From NCBI GenBank assembly GCA_029560415.1, contig JAKQKY010000494.1:24-64023 (forward strand): a stretch of DNA of 64,000 nt, read 5' to 3'. Below, piece by piece: positions 59,288 to 64,000 of the stretch; the first letter of the stretch is position 1; each line of letters starts with the position of its first letter. The notes below the pieces were generated by a model, which saw only the letters and a program-made list of their open reading frames with translations, ran no database searches and was not told the origin of the DNA. The position numbers were made by a program, and so were the translations under genes. Origin of the DNA: Bacteroidota bacterium (GTDB taxonomy: Bacteria > Bacteroidota > Bacteroidia > Chitinophagales > Chitinophagaceae).

Positions 59288-59965
59288 TTATAGTAAGAAC
59301 ATAGCAGCAACAACCTGGGTTATGAAACCAACAAAAAGTCCCATGTAAATATCTCGTGGCTCGTGGCTTTTGAGTAGTAACCGCGAAGTACATACCAACC
59401 CTGCTATCAATAAAACTGCGCAGAGTGGCCAGGTCATCAACATACTTTTCATATTGAAGAGAATAAGAAAAATTCCTAACCAGCCTCCCATGCCAATCGC
59501 ATGCATGCTTATTTTAAAATAAATATTTGCAATGAGTGCCAGGGATGATGCCAGGAAAATTCCGAGAACATAAGTTGTTAGCACTAATGGGTATTGAGCC
59601 TGCTGTTTAAATACGGTATATGCCCAGAAAAAAAATATTCCCGAAGCGATATACGGTATGATGCGATCTTTCTGAGTACGTAGAAACAATGAATCAATAA
59701 ATCCAACAGCTCTTAATAACAACACGGATATAAGTGGAAAAAATAAAAGATTGAGCACCACAATGAGAATGGTTTGCTTTTTTTCTGCGGCTGAAAATCC
59801 GGCAAAGGCAGAGGGATGTAAATAAACAAGGAACCAGGTTACATACAAAGGAATGAACACCGGGTGAAACAAGTAAGAAAAAAAGCCTGCAAATATCCTT
59901 GCCCCGATAGATGGCTTTTGTTGTTGCGGTGTTGCATGCGATGGTATGGTTAGTTCGGCATTCAT
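59288..59965 (-). CDS. Hypothetical membrane protein (PAP2-like C-terminus)
   Basis: ~6 TMs, with KISMH and SRLLLKSH motifs. Directly downstream of rpoN. Confidence 0.72.
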   Translation of the reverse strand: MNAELTIPSHATPQQQKPSIGARIFAGFFSYLFHPVFIPLYVTWFLVYLHPSAFAGFSAAEKKQTILIVVLNLLFFPLISVLLLRAVGFIDSLFLRTQKDRIIPYIASGIFFFWAYTVFKQQAQYPLVLTTYVLGIFLASSLALIANIYFKISMHAIGMGGWLGIFLILFNMKSMLMTWPLCAVLLIAGLVCTSRLLLKSHEPRDIYMGLFVGFITQVVAAMFLL

Positions 59966-59988
59966 GTAAAATGAATTATTAAATCTGT

Positions 59989-61470
59989 TTAAAGAATTTT
60001 TCGCAGGCGTGCAACCGGGATATTCAGTTGTTCACGGTATTTGGCTACGGTACGGCGTGCAATATTATACCCTTTTTCCTGCAGCATTTCGGTTAGCTTT
60101 TCATCGCTGTAAGGATGCTTCTTACTTTCTTCGCCAATCAAATCGGTGAGAATCTTCTTCACTTCTCGGGTACTCACTTCTTCGCCGCTATCTGTTTGTA
60201 AACTTTCGCTGAAAAAGAATTTTAGTCTATATGTGCCAAATTCTGTTTGTACGAACTTACTGTTGGCCACCCTGCTTACCGTGGAGATATCGAGATTGGT
60301 TCTTTCGGCAATATCTTTCAGGATCATAGGCCTCAGTTCGGTTTCATCGCCGGTGAGAAAAAAATCATACTGGTAATTCATGATAGCTTCCATCGTATTC
60401 AACAAGGTATTCTGTCGTTGTTTGATGGCATCGATGAACCATTTGGCTGAATCGATCTTCTGTTTGATGAATAACACCGCTTCTTTCTGTCGCTTATCTT
60501 TCTTGGTTCCTTTCTCGTAATCTTTTAACATATCCCTATACCCTTCGCTGATGCGGAGGTCGGGCGCATTCTTACTGTTGAGTGAAAGTTCCAGTTTCCC
60601 AACATTATTGACAATGAAAAAATCGGGGATCACATAATTCTCGCCTTTGTTCTCATCTCCCACATTACCGCCTGGTTTAGGATTCAGTTTAATGATCTGG
60701 TTAATGATGGCCCGAAGCTGTTCATCATTTAAGTCGAGCCCTTTCTGTATTTTTTCGTAATGCTTTTTGGTAAATTCATCGAAGTATTTTTCCAGTACTT
60801 TCATGGCGAGCTCAACATGAACGCCCTGGTCTAGTTTTCTTTCCAGCTGCAGCAACAGGCATTCCTGCAGGTTGCGTGCACAAACGCCAGGGGGATCAAA
60901 TTGCTGGATCTGTAAAATGATCTCGCTGATCTCTTCTTCATTGGTATTAACATTCTGCCTGAATGCGAGGTCGTCGATGATGGAAGAAATTTCCCTGCGC
61001 AGGTAGCCGTCATCGTCAAGGCTTCCGACAACCTGCTCTGCGATCTTCTGTTGCTGTTCGTTTAGTTTCAACATGCCGAGTTGTTGCAGCATGAGTTCAT
61101 TAAAACTGGTTTCCACTTTATGCGGCATTACCCTGCTGTCATCCTGCTCGGGATAATTTTCATCGCGTAATTTATAATCGCCGATATCATCGTCTCCATC
61201 CTGAACATATTCACTAATGTCAATATTGTCATATTCATCTTCGCTGCCATCGGGCTCAAAATCGTCGTCGCTGGATTCAAACTCATCTTTTCCTTCAAAT
61301 TCATCTTCATGCCCGTCTTCACTTTGTTCCAATGCAGGATTCTCTTCCATCTCCTCCTTGATCCTTTCTTCCAGCTGGGCCGTAGGAACCTGCAACAACT
61401 TCATCAACTGAATTTGCTGGGGTGATAATTTCTGCAGGAGCTTTTGCTGTAAGCTTTGATGTAATGCCAT
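59989..61470 (-). CDS. rpoN: RNA polymerase sigma-54 factor
   Basis: Q-rich region I, ENPALE, STVSR HTH and RpoN box ARRTVAKYRE. Confidence 0.98.
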   Translation of the reverse strand: MALHQSLQQKLLQKLSPQQIQLMKLLQVPTAQLEERIKEEMEENPALEQSEDGHEDEFEGKDEFESSDDDFEPDGSEDEYDNIDISEYVQDGDDDIGDYKLRDENYPEQDDSRVMPHKVETSFNELMLQQLGMLKLNEQQQKIAEQVVGSLDDDGYLRREISSIIDDLAFRQNVNTNEEEISEIILQIQQFDPPGVCARNLQECLLLQLERKLDQGVHVELAMKVLEKYFDEFTKKHYEKIQKGLDLNDEQLRAIINQIIKLNPKPGGNVGDENKGENYVIPDFFIVNNVGKLELSLNSKNAPDLRISEGYRDMLKDYEKGTKKDKRQKEAVLFIKQKIDSAKWFIDAIKQRQNTLLNTMEAIMNYQYDFFLTGDETELRPMILKDIAERTNLDISTVSRVANSKFVQTEFGTYRLKFFFSESLQTDSGEEVSTREVKKILTDLIGEESKKHPYSDEKLTEMLQEKGYNIARRTVAKYREQLNIPVARLRKIL

Positions 61471-61563
61471 CCTTTTAGTTCCTTATTCTTTTAAATGTTG
61501 CGAAATTAGATGTGATCCTTTTGCTTCATTTCCACGTAAATTTACAATAATCATTTCCTTAAA

Positions 61564-61878
61564 ATGAAACAAAAAACAAAGATTCTCATTTTTTGCATGG
61601 TTTTTGTGGCAAATGGAGCTTTTTGCCAAAAAAATAACATTTTTCCATTGGGGAAAACCAATCAAAATAAGTCGTTATCAACTGTAACTTATGGGTTTAA
61701 CAGCCGTTTGGCGGCTATTCAAACGATACCCGCTAATTTCTATGCACAGCAACTAGGTTTCTTCTGTAAAAAAGAGATCAGGTTTGAATCAACCACTAAA
61801 ATTCCGTTAAAGTTCCGCCTGGGAAGTGTTTCCTATTGCGATTGGATGGAGGGCAAAAAACAGTATATCTTACCCTGA
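61564..61878 (+). CDS. Small exported hypothetical protein divergent from rpoN
   Basis: 104-aa ORF with a signal-like N-terminus, filling the gap between rpoN and the GHL10 gene. Confidence 0.65.
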   Translation: MKQKTKILIFCMVFVANGAFCQKNNIFPLGKTNQNKSLSTVTYGFNSRLAAIQTIPANFYAQQLGFFCKKEIRFESTTKIPLKFRLGSVSYCDWMEGKKQYILP

Positions 61879-61894
61879 GGTAATTTTAAAAAAA

Positions 61895-63106
61895 TTATTG
61901 GGGTCTTGGAACGGGGGCCGGTTCTTTAAAATAATTTAGACGGATACTGTCGGACCATCCATATTGATTTTTCTCAAAGCTTTTGCTGCTAAAAAAGATC
62001 ATGCCCTGTACATTGGGTGTGTTTCGTATTTTTTCAATCTGCCGGGGCAATTGTGTTTTATCTTTCCAGGCAGCATTGCTTCCTGCCCGGTAAATGGCAA
62101 GCCCGATATAGCAGTTCTTTCCATAAGTGTGTTTACTCCACCAGTCTACCAACACTTCAAAAGCTGCAAGCGGGTGACCAAACTCCCAGTAGATCTGTGG
62201 AGCTACATAATCGATCCAGCCATTCTTCAGCCATAACAGAATATCTGCATACAATACATCATAATTGGTAGGACCTGCTTTGGTATTACTGCCTTCCGGA
62301 TCTTTATCGGCATTACGCCAAACTCCAAAGGGACTTATCCCAAACTGGCAATTGCTGTTTACCGATTTAATTGTTCTGTATAATTTTACAATGATGGAAT
62401 CTACATTACTCCTTCGCCACTCATCTTTTGCCATACCATTGCCATATTTCTGAAACATGGCAGCATCAGGGAATTCTTTGCCTGGTATGGGATAAGGATA
62501 GAAATAATCATCAAAATGTATGGCATCTACAGCATACCTGCTCACCACATCTCTAACCACAGACACAACATAATCCTGTGCTTCTTTATTACCCGGATTA
62601 AAATATTTTTTATCACCATAGGTCAGGAACCACTCGGGATGTATTCGGCTGATATGCGTTGACGTTATGGAAGAGCTTCGAACATTGAATACGGCCCGGT
62701 AAGGATTCATCCAGGCATGAAATTCCATTCCGCGTTTATGCGTTTCATGTATCATGAATTCGAGCGGATCATAGTAGGGTACCGGTGGTTGTCCCTGCCT
62801 GCCCGTAAGCCATTGGCTCCAGGGTTCAAAGGGAGATGGATACATGGCATCGGTTGCGGGCCTGATCTGCATGATGATGGCATTTAACCCGTTTCGCTGG
62901 TGCATATCGAGTAGCCTGATGAATGAAGCTCTTTGTTCTTCACTGTTAATCGTAGGCTTATCAGGCCAGTCGATATTATCTACCGTTGCAACCCATACTG
63001 CCCTCATTTCGGGCTTATTGGCCTGGGCATATGCAGTGTTTGAAAATATATTGAAGAAAGCAATTGCTGTAAAAGCGATATAAACCAGGAAGGTTCTTTT
63101 AATCAT
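61895..63106 (-). CDS. Glycosyl hydrolase-like 10 (YddW/DigH-like) protein
   Basis: EMRAVWVATVDNIDWP, FHAWMNPYR, HFDDYFYPY and DYVAPQIYW. Confidence 0.92.
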   Translation of the reverse strand: MIKRTFLVYIAFTAIAFFNIFSNTAYAQANKPEMRAVWVATVDNIDWPDKPTINSEEQRASFIRLLDMHQRNGLNAIIMQIRPATDAMYPSPFEPWSQWLTGRQGQPPVPYYDPLEFMIHETHKRGMEFHAWMNPYRAVFNVRSSSITSTHISRIHPEWFLTYGDKKYFNPGNKEAQDYVVSVVRDVVSRYAVDAIHFDDYFYPYPIPGKEFPDAAMFQKYGNGMAKDEWRRSNVDSIIVKLYRTIKSVNSNCQFGISPFGVWRNADKDPEGSNTKAGPTNYDVLYADILLWLKNGWIDYVAPQIYWEFGHPLAAFEVLVDWWSKHTYGKNCYIGLAIYRAGSNAAWKDKTQLPRQIEKIRNTPNVQGMIFFSSKSFEKNQYGWSDSIRLNYFKEPAPVPRPQ

Positions 63107-63560
63107 GAGAGGAGCGTATTTTATCTAGTAAGCTGTTCAACGTATTCACTTCTTCGGTTGATAATGTGCCCAGCACAGCATCCATTTCAGCTTCAAAAAG
63201 GTCGAGCTTTTCCAGGAGCTTACGGCCTTTATCCGTGATCGAAACATCTACCAGTCGTTTATCATTGGTACAGGTATTTTTTTTAACCAATCCTTTCAGC
63301 ACGAGCCTGTCTACAATGCGGCTGGTATCGCTCATCTTATCGAGCATGCGTTGCCGTATCTGCAGGGTAGAAATGGGTTTGCCTGCACCCCTTAATATCC
63401 GGAGAATGTTAAACTGTTGCCCGGTGATATCTTCCCGGTCGAAGATCAATTTCATTTTTTCATTCATCCAGTTATAGGTGAAAATGAAATTGATGACCCC
63501 TTTCTGGTAATCATTCCTGAATTTGGGCTGGAAAATATCTTTTTCTAAACTCATATACAT
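63099..63560 (-). CDS. MarR family transcriptional regulator
   Basis: QQFNILRILRG, SRIVDRL and DKR..ITDKG. Confidence 0.92.
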   Translation of the reverse strand: MYMSLEKDIFQPKFRNDYQKGVINFIFTYNWMNEKMKLIFDREDITGQQFNILRILRGAGKPISTLQIRQRMLDKMSDTSRIVDRLVLKGLVKKNTCTNDKRLVDVSITDKGRKLLEKLDLFEAEMDAVLGTLSTEEVNTLNSLLDKIRSSHD

Positions 63561-63580
63561 GTGTTATGAATTACAATAAT

Positions 63581-63622
63581 AAAAAATAGTCTGCCAAGAA
63601 TACAAACCCGGGCAGACTATTT
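63581..63622 (-). terminator. Probable terminator after SnoaL-like gene
   Basis: AAATAGTCTGCC/GGCAGACTATTT 12-bp stem with a T-run on the minus strand. Confidence 0.65.
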
Positions 63623-63637
63623 AAGAAAGATTTTTGA

Positions 63638-63991
63638 TTAGTTGTTGTAATAAAATTTTTCTTCTACGATTTTACCGTTCTTCCAGCGCTGAATGGCTAC
63701 CTGCGTGTAATTGCGTACCCCGAATTCAGCATGGGTATAATCGAACCACCATTCTACCGCGGCAATGTCGTCGCTGATGATGGTATTGACTACTTTAGCG
63801 CCACGGAATTCGGTGAGCCCGTTTACAAAGGCTTCCTCAAATTGACGACAGATATCCTTTCCAACCCGCTGAGGATAATCATTGTCCTGCATTACCACAT
63901 CATCTGAGTAAAATTTTTCGAAACCCTCCAGGATCTTTCCTTCCAGGATGAGTTGATTGAGTTCATCAACCGATGTTCTAAGATCTTTCAT
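63638..63991 (-). CDS. SnoaL-like/NTF2 family protein
   Basis: FYSDDVVM..RVGK and QRWKNGKIVEEKFYY. Confidence 0.85.
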   Translation of the reverse strand: MKDLRTSVDELNQLILEGKILEGFEKFYSDDVVMQDNDYPQRVGKDICRQFEEAFVNGLTEFRGAKVVNTIISDDIAAVEWWFDYTHAEFGVRNYTQVAIQRWKNGKIVEEKFYYNN

Positions 63992-64000
63992 GTTAGTTGT

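Noticed and set aside
1-64000. tRNA, rRNA, CRISPR array, prophage or IS elements
   Set aside because: By eye I saw no T-loop/cloverleaf, regularly spaced repeats, or integrase, transposase or phage genes. tRNAscan-SE and Infernal were not run.

Overview
A gene-dense, mostly housekeeping window from a Bacteroidota chromosome, probably Chitinophagaceae. The taxon is inferred from gene content, the SusC/SusD pair and TAnnTTTG promoter boxes. About 58 CDS are supported, including birA, rsfS, ftsH, lpxH, alaS, gatB, susC/susD, recO, prfA, tatC, rpiB, a deoxyhypusine synthase-like gene, an S46 peptidase, a GH3-like gene, mtgA, pnuC, tag, an ECF sigma/anti-sigma pair, nfu, uvrD/pcrA and rpoN. I saw no tRNA, rRNA, CRISPR array, integrase or transposase. 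The main observation lies in the prfA-tatC spacer: a sigma-54 (-24/-12) promoter (TGGCACCGTGTTTGCA, 28977-28992), an ~87-nt ORF-less unit and a strong intrinsic terminator. The core of that unit (UUUUCUCAUAAGCAGUUAGUUUU) is complementary to the start-codon regions of susC and two other ATGAGAAA-starting exported-protein genes in this window. This is a candidate RpoN-dependent trans-acting sRNA, and rpoN itself is in the window. Other points are a Dma-like dual-membrane-spanning anti-sigma/ECF pair, a CGTC-type palindromic repeat, a MerR protein with an unusual N-terminal extension and an operator-rich divergent spacer driving a 60-aa protein. All calls come from reading the sequence; no searches were run.
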